DNA of 62,295 nucleotides, filler included, from Squatina squatina (Eukaryota), in the NCBI GenBank assembly GCA_031763465.1. It is 4 parts of 4 records of this genome, joined end to end, with 100 filler letters (N's around TTAATTAATTAA, not from the genome) between each part and the next. Parts side by side here need not be neighbours in the genome. Positions count along the whole stretch, not along the records: positions 49,718 to 62,295 come from JARFOE010000189.1; 3 more parts are not named here. One strand, given 5' to 3'. A program made the position numbers and the translations under genes. The notes beneath the pieces were generated by a model. The model did no database searches and had not been told where the DNA came from. It was given only the letters and a program-made list of their open reading frames with translations. This document shows, piece by piece, positions 50,071 to 62,295 of the stretch (its first letter is position 1; every line of letters starts with the position of its first letter).

Positions 50071-50949
50071 TTACGTTTTAGCAAAGATCAATTTCACCAC
50101 CAGTGCTTGCTGTTCTGGTGGTGCAGTAGGAATTGCTGACTGAAAGACTNNNNNNNNNNTAGGCCAGGGTTGAAGAGTGTAGATGTGGAGTGGATTCATT
50201 TTCTAGAGTTTTTCTTGATCCAAATTTGGTGATTCAGGAGTGCTTGTGCAGAACTTTCCGTCAGGAGATTAAATTAATCAGGTAATGTCCGAGTTAGGGT
50301 AGAATGTCATCAGTCTCTAGAAGGGACAAGCTTGATGGGCCAAATGGCCTTTTCCTGTTCCCTGCTTTCTTCTGCCCCATTCCTCTGGAGGCAGTCCTCC
50401 ATTTCCTCAGAAGGTACGTATTTTCAATATTTAGGCTCCGTTCATGCTGTGACTATAGTGTTGTCAGGAAGCGGTTTTGCTGAATCGAATCCGAGGCTGA
50501 CTGCTCCAGGACGCCTCACGTCACTTCACTTCGGAGTCTCACTCTCCCAATTTCCACGCCAGTTTTAGCCGTTTTGGCTTCACACGGACGTTAAACTTAT
50601 GGCATTTAAATTAAATAAATGCACCTTGAGGAATGTGCAAAATAAACAGAATAGCAACACTAAATAAACTGAAAACACACTCAGACAAGTAGAAATCAAG
50701 AAATATACTCCCAGCAATTAAATATCCACACATCAAGTTCCCCATATGTGCTCCCTGTATCCAATTACAGTATAAAATCACCAGTTCCAGGAATCTCTTT
50801 CATACCTGGAACTTCTTAATCACTTCTCTGTAACACTATGCTTCTCAATTCTTTCCAGCTTTTTAACATCTCCAATCTGCAGCTTTTCCAAAGCTCAGTT
50901 ATTCCCAGTAATGATCCCAAGACATGAGCCTGCATTTAAAAAAAAAATG

Positions 50950-51201
50950 TGTACATGGAATGTGGGTGTCGCTGGTAAGGCCGGCATTTATTGCCCATCC
51001 ATAATTGCCCTTAAGAAGGTGGTGCTGAGCTGCCTTCTTGAACCATAGAGGACAGTTAAGAATCAACCACATTGCTGTTGGTCTGGAGTCACATATAGGC
51101 CAGACCGGGTAAGGGCAGCAGATTTCCTTCCCTAAAGGGCATTGGTGAACCAGATGGATTTTTAACCACAATCTAGTAGTTTCATGGTAACCAGTACTGA
51201 G
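50950..51201 (-). mobile_element. HE1/V-SINE-like SINE, body and tail
   Basis: Reverse complement contains GGAAGGAAATCTGCTGCCCTTACCCGGTCTGGCCTATATGTGACTCCAGACC and a LINE-derived tail. Confidence 0.75.
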
Positions 51202-51767
51202 NNNNNNNNNNNNNNNNNNNNNNNNNNNNNNNNNNNNNNNNNNNNNNNNNNNNNNNNNNNNNNNNNNNNNNNNNNNNNNNNNNNNNNNNNNNNNNNNNNN
51301 NACTTGTCTCCTCCATTCATCCTGCTGTTCCTCGGGTAATTATTTCTGGTGTTGGAAGCAAACACACTGTGCAAATGGCTTCCAACATTGCTGCATAAAA
51401 CCTGGTTGGAATTGGGCTTTTAGTGTTGGAGACATGAAGGGTCTCCAATACTGGCAGACTAGCTAACTTTAGTGCAATCTGCTCCTAATAACTGGCTAAA
51501 TTGGAAAATTTAAACTCGCAAGTGATAATTGTTTGCCGGTGTGTTAAACCCTCATTGGGAAATGCAGACTGATTCACTGATATTACTACAGTTGAAATTA
51601 TACCACAGACGCTGTTCTTGAATTGATATCTGAGGAGTTTGAGATTTAGCCTGTAGACCAGAATTATACTGCTTGCTGCGTCTGGCACTGAGCTCAGTGA
51701 CAAATGGAGTTCTGCCCACGTGTGCTTAGAAATGTGTACTTCTGAATGCTTTTAAAATATGGGTGCG

Positions 51768-52460
51768 CATCAACTGTAGTTGCAGTCCAAGCAAGAAGCA
51801 CTCTCACCTCTGAATCAGAAGGTTGTCGGGTCAAGTCCCACTCCAGAGACTTGAGCACAAAATACAGGCTGACACTCCAGTGCAGTACTGAGGGAGTGCT
51901 GCACTGTCAGAGGTGCTTCTTAAACCGAGGCCCTATCTGCCCACTCTGGGTGGATAGAAAAGATCCCATGACACTATTTCTAAGAAGAACAGGGAAGTAC
52001 CAGAAGGTCCAACATGAGGAAAAACTTTTTTACACAGCGAGCGGTTATGATCTGGAATGCATGACCTGAAAGGGTGATGGAGGCAGACTCAATCACGGCC
52101 TTCAAAAGGGAGTTGGATAAGTACCTGAAAGAAAAAACTTGCAGGGCGGGGGAGTGAGACTAGCTCAAGCGTTCTTGTAGAGAGCCGGCACAGGGGCGAC
52201 GGGCCGAATGGCCTTCTACTGCGCTGTAACCATTCTAGGATTCCATGTGTCCTGGCCAATATTTATCCCTCAATCAACATCACTAAAACAAATGATCTGG
52301 TCATTAACACATTGCTGTTTTTGGGAGCTTGCTGTGTGTAAACTGGCTGCCATGCTTTCGAAATTACAGCAGTGGCTACGCTTCAAAAAATACTTCATTG
52401 GCTGTAAAGCGCTTTGGGATGTCCTCAGGTTGTGAAAGGTGGTACATTAATGCAAGTTAT
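51768..52460 (+). mobile_element. SacSINE1-like SINE with nested CR1 tail (about 51999-52246)
   Basis: SINE head and body up to about 51998, then CR1 tail, then the SINE resumes at GTGTCCTGGCCAAT (52247). Confidence 0.8.
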
Positions 52461-52874
52461 TTTGTATAAAGGGGTGGTCTAATAATACTTTCTTTAGTGT
52501 GCTCAGGAGTCAGGTGCTGACCTGAACCTGAGTTATGTCAATGCTTTTGCATCAAAGCGTATCTCGACTGCCTTTCACTGGTGTAAAAGTGGTAGCGCAG
52601 CTGTAGCCTAAAAGCACTCCGACTGCCTAAAGGGGCGTTTTCCCACGGGCGCTAAGTTTCTGCTGGACAGGAATTTTCTCAGAGCTGCTCCCGCTCCACC
52701 GATGTAACTTGGCCTGTGGGGCGGACTTTCCGTTTACACGTGTAACTGGGGCTTCGAGCGAAGTTCTCACAGCAGGAGCGGCTTTGAGGAACTTCTCGGC
52801 CCGAGCGTCTGAAAGTTCTGTCCTAATTGTTTCCAACAGCTCTGTGACCAACCAGAAAAGCACTTTATAGCCAG

Positions 52875-53074
52875 AAAGACTTGCATTTCTATAGTGCCTT
52901 TCACGACCACCAGACATCTCAATGCACTATACAGCCAATTAAGTACTTTTGGAGTGTAGTCACTGTTGTAATGTGGGAATCGTGGCAGCCAATTTGTGCA
53001 CAGCAAGCTCCCGCAAACAGCAATGTGATGATGATCAGATAATCTGTTTTGTTATGTTGATTGAGGGATCAATA
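52875..53074 (-). mobile_element. SacSINE1-like SINE 3' half
   Basis: Highly similar to 1550-1765. Confidence 0.8.
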
Positions 53075-53174
53075 NNNNNNNNNNNNNNNNNNNNNNNNNN
53101 NNNNNNNNNNNNNNNNNNNNNNNNNNNNNNNNNNNNNNNNNNNNNNNNNNNNNNNNNNNNNNNNNNNNNNNNNN

Positions 53175-53323
53175 TCCATACCCCCTGATCCCTTTAGCCA
53201 CAAGGGCCACATCTAACTCCCTCTTAAATATAGCCAATGAACTGGCCTCAATTACTTTCTGTGGCAGAGAATTCCACAGATTCACCACTCTCTGTGTGAA
53301 GAAATTTTTCCTCATCTCGGTCC
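53175..53323 (-). mobile_element. CR1 3' fragment
   Basis: RKNFFTQRVVNLWNSLPQKVIEASSLAIFKRELD. Confidence 0.8.
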
Positions 53324-56039
53324 TATTTACCACGACTCGCTGTTTTCTGCCCATATACTGCTGATAACTTAATGTCATTTTATTGCACAAATAAAAATGC
53401 AATTCTCCCGTAATTTGAATGAGACAATGTAAATAAAGTAAGAACTTAGTTGTTCAGAAACTGTTATCAAATAATTTGAATTCAGTAACTTTGAATTGCG
53501 GGGACCAGGCTGCAGTGATTATTAAATCCCAGCATTGTTGGATAACTGCTGGAACATAAAACAAGTAAGCTAAAGTGGGCATCACAGAGCAACCTCTAAT
53601 CCGAGGCTTGTTCCTCATTCAGCAATAGCAGACGGGAAACAGATAGAGCCGCATCCGGCTAATCTGTCTTGTATCAATTGAACTTCCAGCGCCTTTCACA
53701 ACAGCTCTAGTTAACCTGTCTTGCTTTGTAATCCTTTACTGACAGGCCCAGCTGTTACAGGGAAAGCCCAAATCATTCATCATATTAGCAAGTCTGTAAT
53801 TAGCGGAACGAATGTGGTAGTATGTTATCCCTGCCTGATAGCCGGTCAAGGCCATAGATCATGATGTTGACGCTGACTGTGCTGCCTGCAGGGAACACAA
53901 GAGTATCAAAGTGCTGGCGTTGCTGATAGCTTTATTATTCTGCAGGTCTGTCACACATTCCTCCGTGGTGGTTGCGTTCTGTGACAAAGCAAACGCAAGG
54001 AAAGGAAACGCAACAAGTGCCAAGCAATATTGGAGTGGCTCCTGGCGCTTTTGTACAGCCTCAGGTCTTGGGGCTGAGGTGACACATTTATTGCGTGTTC
54101 TGACCATTCACCTTCTTACCAGACGCCCGTAGATGTTGCACTGCAGTTAAAGCCACAGCGTGCAAACAGTCAGCTTGTTTGGCATTTTCACATCCAAGGG
54201 GCTGCCAGCTACATTGAAGTTTAATTGGAGCAAGGTGCGAGCTCTGCTGAATCCCAAGATGGGCCAAGCTCGTAGGGAAGCCGACTATTAAAACTCAAGA
54301 GCATCGGGCGTAGATGTCAAAAAAAATCCCCCACGCATTTAGTCAGTGGAAGGAAAGCTCTACGACCCTGTATCCAATCTCACACGCTCTGTAACCTCCT
54401 GAGTGCTCCCCTCCTCCTGCCCTGTTATCAGTGGCTGTGCCTTCAGCTATCACGCCCCCTGCACTCTGAAATTGCTTTCCTTTCCCTGTCCACCTTGCCA
54501 GAGCATTCACTAGCTTCAAATGCCTCCCCATACCCTAACTCCTTAATCACGCCTTCACTGAGCTGCCTCAAGGTATCTCCTGGCCCTTGCTCGGTGTCCT
54601 CGTTAAGTACTTTTGATTGTCTTGCTACACTGAGGAAACCTATATACGTGTAAGTTGTTATTGATCCCCAAAGGCAATTGAGCAAAACAGCGGAATATTC
54701 ATCCGTTGCCATGCCTTCACTGTCCAACATGTCTCTGTGGACAACATTACTCGTCCCCCAGCTCCAGTAGCATTGTATTCTCATACCGTACAATCCTTTT
54801 CCTGTCCAGATACTTAGAACAAGGTGTGCCTGAGCCACTCTANNNNNNNNNNNNNNNNNNNNNNNNNNNNNNNNNNNNNNNNNNNNNNNNNNNNNNNNNN
54901 NNNNNNNNNNNNNNNNNNNNNNNNNNNNNNNNNNNNNNNNNNATATTTATCACAGGGGATATGGGAAGTTGCCCCATATGGTGAATTTAGAAGCTGTACA
55001 TAAAATTAATTTGTATAATGAGTGTACACAAACCACAAAGGGTCTGTGACAGAGCGTCTGGAAAAGGCAGGGCGCAGATGTAAATGGTCCGGGAGAGTCC
55101 CAAATGTAGACCAAAACAACAGGAAGAGCTGTAAGGGCTGGATGTCCTGTGCTCACTCCTTTCTGATGTTAATAACTTATTTGCCATTTTTCAATCCTTA
55201 CCTGAACCTAAGGGCCATTTAACTGAAACTCCAAGTATTATGGACCATTCCAAACAACGAGTGGACCAATATGGACACCCAAGGGTCAATTGGAAACCCC
55301 AATGGCTCCTTCGGTAAGGAAAGCTGATTGACTGAAAAAAGGTGATGTATATAACTGATAATGCACCTGGGGATCAGGATGAAATGCTTGAATTTTGTCT
55401 CGTCCCAATCCTTATGAATCCACACTTCTCTCCTCAGTTACCACCCAGTTGCATCATTTCCCAGGTACCTGCAAGTGCCTACCCCTTAGTCCCACAACTT
55501 TGCCTTGCCCTATTTTAATTCCTTAATTATGGTATCCAGTAGTGACATACAGCTAATCACTTAAAATAATGTCATGTTAAAGTGTCCTACTATGTAACTA
55601 GCAGTACCAGAAACAGAAGATATTAACAACACTTAATATATTTGATGTCTTGCTTATAAAAGTATTTACTAAGATGTTCATATCTCTTTGAAAGATGAAG
55701 AAGCGTCTCAAGGTTATAACTCATATACTCACCTTATCCAGGATTTACTTTTAGCACTACACCATATAGCATGTTCTCCAGCAACTGAATACTTTTCTGG
55801 CAATTTTATTTTGTCTGAAAGGAGCTGAAGTTCCATTAAATTATGCAAATCATTTTTTTAATAAACACTAAACATTAAACCTTTTGAGTGTTGGATTATC
55901 CTTGTATTTTGCAATCTGCTTCAGAGAGGGAATCTCACTATCAAAGGCTTCTCATCAGAGTCAAGCAACCAGCTTCTGCTTTAGAAGCCTCTTTCACAAG
56001 TTCATTGGATAAGGAAGGCCATTCTGCTTTAGCTATCTT

Positions 56040-56345
56040 CGTCAGTGCCGCCCAAGCCCGTGACCTCTACCACCTAGAAGGACAAAGGCAGCAGGTGCAT
56101 GGGAACAGCACCACCTGCAAGTTCCCCAGGCAAGTCACACACCATCCCGACTTGGAAACATATCGGCTGGTCTTTCATTGTCGCTGGGTCAAAATCCTGG
56201 AACTCCCTCCCTAAGTACCTTCACCACACGGACTGCAGCGGTTCAAGAAGGCGGCTCATCACCACCTTCCCAAGGGCAATTAGGGATGGGCAATAAATGC
56301 TGGCCTCGCCAGTGACGCCCACATCCCAGGCATGAATAAAATAAA
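56040..56345 (+). mobile_element. HER1-like LINE 3' end
   Basis: CAAGTCACACACCATCCCGACTTGG...GGGCAATAAATGCTGGCCTCGCCAGTGACGCCCACATCCC tail. Confidence 0.75.
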
Positions 56346-57477
56346 AAATTGCAGCGNNNNNNNNNNNNNNNNNNNNNNNNNNNNNNNNNNNNNNNNNNNN
56401 NNNNNNNNNNNNNNNNNNNNNNNNNNNNNNNNNNNNNNNNNNNNNNNNNNNNNNNNGTTCCAGCAGGTTGGGTCCACATGACATTGAGAAGGCGCCTGGC
56501 TCAGGATCTGTTCTTCATCACTCTACTGCTGTCAAGAGTCCAAAAAGCGGATGAAACAAAATAAAAGAGGGGAAAGGGGAGAAACAAAAAAAAGGAATAT
56601 TAGATGAAGTAGCTCGCATACCACGAGTGGTAAATTGCTGTGCCTATAGGGAAAACAACTTTTAACTTATTAAGTCCTCCCCATGTGTTTTGTCTCAAAG
56701 GACATGGCTGCAGGTTTGTGTTTAGCCAAGGAAACATGCCACGAATATTTTGGCAAGATGTAATTCCTCACAAATATAGTGCACAGCTTGCGAAGGCCCA
56801 AATTATTGCAGCTTAATGGGGTTACTTTCATAACAAGATGACCTTTGCAAGAGCAACAATAAAAAGGGGGGAAGAATGTAAGATTGCAGTGCCTTTTTCG
56901 ACTAACAAAAACAAAGGACAAGCGTGCCGCCTCTAATGGGATACAAACGTGCAAAAATGCCAACCCGCCAGCCTCATTAGGATGATTTACAACCATAGTG
57001 CCTGTCTCAATGCAGTCTCAAACAGGATCAATCAGTTAGCTCAAGCACTGGTTTATTTGTCTCTTTTGAAGGATGTGTCCCAGGGTTGCCCCTCACTCCA
57101 GCTGTTATTTGGTTCAATTATGTCCAATCTTGGCCATGTTCAAGAGAAAGGGGGTAAAGAACGAAAGGAGGCTTCGGTCTCTCCCGATCAAACTATCAGG
57201 AAACAGCATTTCTCTAAGTTCTCAAATGAAACAGGAATCACATTCCCATTTGGATGAGATGGTTTAATGATAGGTGGGCCGAAACAAGGGATCAATATAC
57301 ACCATTGTAAAAAGGAACCGTTTCCCGAACAGAATCTACCAAAACTAGGCTGAGCAAGGGACGTTGCAATGAGTAAAGGTGTTTTCCCATATCGCTAGAG
57401 CTGCAGATACAAGACCTAATGCACGTCTAATAGGATCTCCCTTCGAAGCTCAGCAACCAGCTGGGGACTTAATCCCA

Positions 57478-57936
57478 CAAACCAGTGAGCAGCTGTGGAA
57501 CACACTTACCATTGGACAATCCAGTGAGCAGCTGTGGAACACACTTCCCATTGGACAAACCAGTGAGCAGCAGCTGTGGAACACACTTCCCATTGGACAA
57601 TCCAGTGAGCAGCTGTGGAACACACTTACCATTGGACAATCCAGTGAGCAGCTGTGGAAGACAATTCCCGTTGGATAATCCAATGAGCAGAAGCTGTGGA
57701 ACACACTTCACATTGGACAATCCAGTGAATGATTGTGGAACACACTTCTCATTGGATAATCGAGTGAGCAGCAGCTGTGGAACAGACGTCCCATTGGATA
57801 ATCCAGTGTGCAGCAGTGGAACACACCTCCCATTGGACAATCCAGTGAGCAGCTGTGGAATACACTTCCCACTGGATAATCCAGTGAGCGACTGTGGAAC
57901 ACACTTTCCATTGGATAATTCGGTAAGCCGCTGTGG
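57478..57936 (+). repeat. 39/42-bp minisatellite, about 11-12 copies
   Basis: Unit CCAGTGAGCAGCTGTGGAACACACTTCCCATTGGACAAT. Confidence 0.93.
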
Positions 57937-58964
57937 NNNNNNNNNNNNNNNNNNNNNNNNNNNNNNNNNNNNNNNNNNNNNNNNNNNNNNNNNNNNNNNN
58001 NNNNNNNNNNNNNNNNNNNNNNNNNNNNNNNNNNNNCTATATCTAAAAACTGACTTTTAATAAAAGATTAAATTAGATTTTATGAATTAAATAAATGTAC
58101 TTAATAATACTATGCTAAGCTTTCCAAAACATTTTCTGAATTATTATTTAACATTTGCTGCTTAAGTTTAGTTTGTTTATTTTAACAATTAGAAATGTAG
58201 CGGAATCTATTTCACTCATTTTGTTTTGGAGGTGGAAGAGGAGGAAAATGATTGTGGGGGAGGAAATTAGCAATGTTGTTCTCGGAAAAGGAAAGGTATT
58301 TAAGCTGGTGCCAGTAAGTCTTGTTATGTTATGTGCTTTCATTGCTACTGGCCTATAAACTGCTAGCTAGAGAAGGCATTTTGTAAGCTCAAAGGAATGC
58401 TGGGAGCATAACCAATACAAAGCATGTTCCTGAAATGCAGGTCTCATGTACCTGACAGTCCATTGTGATTCCTTGCATCTGCTTCTACGTATATTGGCCA
58501 CGTTGTGCTCCTTCCCTCTTCTCCATAGGTTTACAGACCTGACCTCTGAGGGGCATACCAGCACACTCAAGGCAACTGATTAAAGTTAATTTGAGCCACA
58601 CCATTTATCTCTCTCGAGCCATTCTTAAATCAACAAGCAAGCTTTCATGAATCATACATAGGGCCTTGATGAATGAGGCCAACAGCAATTCTGCCATGCT
58701 GATAGATACACTAGTCATGCTGTCATTTACCTTCTGCTCGGAGGCTGACTCTTATTCTTCAACATACTATACAAACTCAACCTGGTTAGTAATGTTAAAG
58801 GAAATAAGGCAATCTTTTGTGCAGGGGATTTTTTTCCTGAAATCATATTCAAGTATTTCTGTACTGGATCACTGACAGTGAAAGTCATAAAGAAAATAAT
58901 TTATACCCTCTGGCACGTCTCTTTGAAAATACCACAAACAAACAAGTACAGTACTTGCAAATTT

Positions 58965-60216
58965 GTGCCACTACTCGCTTACCTCAATCCTTCAGTTACT
59001 GTCACTCGCTTTCCTAACCCCCTCAGTTACTGCCATCACTCGCATTCCTCACTCCCTCAGTTACTGCAGCCACTCGCTTTCCTCACACCCTCAGTTACTG
59101 CCACTCGCTTCCCTCAAACTCTCCCTTACTGCCATCACTTGCTTTCCTCAATCCCTCAGTTACTGCGGCCACTCGCTTTCCTCACTCCGAGTTACTGCCA
59201 TCACTCGCTTTCCTCACTTTTCAATTACTGCGGCCACTCGCTTTCCTCACTCCCTCAGTTACTGTCACTCGCGTTCCTCACACCCTTAGTTGCTGCCACT
59301 CGATTTCCTCACTCACTCAGTTACTGCCAGCACTCGCATTCCTCATTCCTTCAGTTACTGCGGCCACTCGCTTTCCTCACTCCCTCAGTTACTGCCACCA
59401 CTCGCTTTCCTCATTCCCTCAGTTACTGCCACCACTCGCTTTCCTTACTCCCTCAGTTACTGCCACCCCTCGCTTTCCTCAGTTACTGCGGCCTCTCGCT
59501 TTCCTCACTCCCTCAGTTACTGACACCTCTCGCTTTCTTCACTCCCTCAGTTACTGTCACTCACTTTCTTCACTCCCTCAGTTTCTGCCACTCACTTTCA
59601 TCACTCCCTGAGTTACTGACACCTCTCGTTTCCTTCACTCCCTCAGTTACTGCCACTCACTTTCCTCACTCCCTCAGTTACTATCACTCGCCTTCCTCAC
59701 TCCTTCAGATACTGCCACCACTCGCTTTCCTCACTCCCTCAGTTACTGCCACTCGCTTTCCTCACTCCCTCAGTTGCTGTCACTCGCATTCCTCACTCCA
59801 TCATTTGCTGCCACTCGCTTTCCTCACTCCCTCAGTTGCTGTCACTCGCATTCCTCACTCCCTCAGTTGCTGCCACTCGCTTTCCTCTCTCCCTCAGTTA
59901 CTGCCACTTGCTCTCCTCACTCCCTCAGTTACTGTCACTCGCTTTCCTCACTCCCTCAGTTACTGCCACCACTCGCTTTCTTCACTCCCTCAGTTACTGC
60001 CACTCGCTTTCCTCACTCCCTCAGTTACTGACACCTCTCGCTTTCTTCACTCCCTCAGTTACTGTCACTCGCTTTCCTCACTCCTTCAGATACTGCCGCC
60101 ACTCGCTTTCTTCACTCCCTCAGTTACTGTCACTCGCTTTCCTCACTCCTTCAGATACTGCCGCCACTCGCTTTCCTCACTCCCTCAGTTGCGGCCACCA
60201 CTCGCTTTCCTCACTC
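58965..60216 (+). repeat. 30/33-bp pyrimidine-rich minisatellite, about 40 copies
   Basis: Unit CACTCGCTTTCCTCACTCCCTCAGTTACTGC(CAC); extends into a gap. Confidence 0.95.
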
Positions 60217-62295
60217 NNNNNNNNNNNNNNNNNNNNNNNNNNNNNNNNNNNNNNNNNNNNNNNNNNNNNNNNNNNNNNNNNNNNNNNNNNNNNNNNNNNN
60301 NNNNNNNNNNNNNNNNGAGGATTGGAGAGAAGGCATGATACTTAATCTATGCTCTACTTGGCATGGGGCGAAAAAGTGAAAAAATGTTCTTTTCTCTATC
60401 AACAACATTCCCTACATTGAATGTAAACAGATAAAAGTATCTGTTTGAAACACTTTCATACAACATACAGAAAGGTTTCCTTCAGACATATGGGAGTTTC
60501 CCGTTGTAAGATGTTAATGAAACTCTTTGGTACTCAGTTAGATTCCTGATACAACATTATTGGTCAGGTTAAATCACTTTCTACAGCATTACTGTAACCC
60601 CACTGTAAGCAACAAAGAGAAGACTTAAAGTAAATGTATGTGATGAATCTTTGACAAAGTCTACTACTGTTACTGGATTTACAGAGGAAGTGTCAATGTT
60701 CCCCCTTTGTTTATTTTCTGCTCTAGATGCAAAACTGTTCATTTTCAACCATGTCCTGATAATAAATCAGTGCCCATTTAAATATGAATCATTTCTTTAT
60801 TAAAGTTATTCACTTTTGAAGTATAAAATGAAAAGTTCCATTAACCAACTCCAGGCCACAAGTTAGTCTTTTAACATTTCCATAATTAGCCCCATTAATG
60901 ATTTTACCAGTTTATAACTGCTTAAAGGAAACAAAGATAGGAAGAGTGAAGAGGCACTCAATACCAAGAATATAACCGAAATTCATACCAAATTGAGAAA
61001 TAATACAATGGAAAAAAATGGAATGAAATGCCATTTAGAATAAAGCCATTTTAACCAAAATGGAATGATAGAAGAATAAACAAAACACTCAATTAAATCA
61101 CAAAATATACAAATAAATCATATACAAAATAAATAGAAGAGTCTGTAAATCTACAAAGTCTTTACCATTGTTAATTATAAATGTCATTTAACTGACAATC
61201 TTATGAAACTTACACTTCATCCATAGATTTTTTGTGCTTAANNNNNNNNNNNNNNNNNNNNNNNNNNNNNNNNNNNNNNNNNNNNNNNNNNNNNNNNNNN
61301 NNNNNNNNNNNNNNNNNNNNNNNNNNNNNNNNNNNNNNNNNCATCCCATATATGGTGCAACCTCCCCACATGTCATCCTATGTCAAATTCCAGTCACAGT
61401 CATCTGAAATACTCTGAAAATGCACAACTTAATTTTCCATGAATAAAATTAGCATGTATACATTATGTTAAAATTCTCAGAGACAGAGGACTTGATCATA
61501 ACAATTTCAGGCATTCCCGCTATTTTCAATAGAAAGAGACTGGTTGGTTTTATTCTATTTGACAACTGTAGGAGGGAAGAGAAAAAGATTAGGGCAATAA
61601 CTCTTCAATAGCAATGTTTTGCCATAGTTCCAGTAAAGATGACTGAGATTTGTTATCTATAAAGTTGATGACTCAAGGCAGTTCCATAACACACTGTATA
61701 ATAGTGGAAAAGATGACCATCTTTGGAATTTTTCCTTCTCAAAGTCCAGTGCTCAAGTTTTAAGAGGTGAAGACCTCCTTCTCCTGGACAGAAAAGTTGT
61801 GTGAATAAAACCTGCAACTATTTTTCCCAGACACCTCGTCAATCAAGGAACACAAAGAAACTTTCTAATACTAACTCTGGTTGCACTGGGTTGATTATTA
61901 ACACAACCAATAGTAATATTCTTTGGAAATTCAGGCAAAATCCTTTGAAGCAAAAGGTCGAATCCAATGGTATGCTCCTTGATCGAGGCATTATTTTGTG
62001 ACATCCTGATACAAGAAAACCTGGTGAGAAAACCTGGTGAGCTAGCCCTCAGCTAAACAGACTGGTCTGGAGAAATAAATATGGCAGTCTGGCATTCATT
62101 ATGCAACTGGGGCAATGGCTGAGATTGGCTAATTGAACAAGACCACCTAGGTCTGCAAGAACCCATTGGGGAAACTGCAAGAAGCGGGTGTGCATTCAGT
62201 TATCCTCTGTGAACGTGTGTTTGTGTCCAGGTTAAGGATCTGTGGGCTCAGTGTTTCACCAGAGGTGACCTCACTAGCACAGAAATGACCCCACC

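Noticed and set aside
57379-58060. Cys/His-rich repeat ORFs and a superficially CRISPR-like periodic array
   Set aside because: Contiguous tandem units with no unique spacers, vertebrate context and no cas genes; the ORFs are by-products of a unit length divisible by three.
58878-60338. 486-aa ORF, the longest in the window
   Set aside because: It runs through a stop-poor 30/33-bp minisatellite, with overlapping repetitive ORFs in other frames; no evidence of a real gene.

Overview
Vertebrate nuclear DNA, most likely from a cartilaginous fish (inferred from SacSINE1/HE1-like SINEs, shark-type CR1 tails and Penelope-like fragments). The assembly is heavily gapped. Artificial N44-TTAATTAATTAA-N44 spacers split the window into four scaffolds (1-19105, 19206-33700, 33801-49617, 49718-62295). 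Scaffold 1 carries minus-strand exons of DTNA and then MAPRE2, the same order as in human, plus the 3' end of an NFE2L2 (Nrf2) gene lying antisense in MAPRE2 intron 1. Scaffold 2 is gene-poor, with one or two orphan exons. Scaffold 3 carries an MTSS-family last exon, an OSGIN-family exon, an EIF6 exon and five MYH7B exons with intronic miR-499. Scaffold 4 is mostly repeats and minisatellites. I found no wholly new multi-gene system. The best leads are an extra tyrosine/acidic-repeat terminal exon and candidate cassette exons in alpha-dystrobrevin, probable extra MTSS/OSGIN ohnologs next to EIF6, the Nrf2-in-MAPRE2 arrangement (real or chimeric), and degenerate Penelope-type hammerhead ribozyme cores. 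Gene identities come from recognising the peptides, not from database searches.
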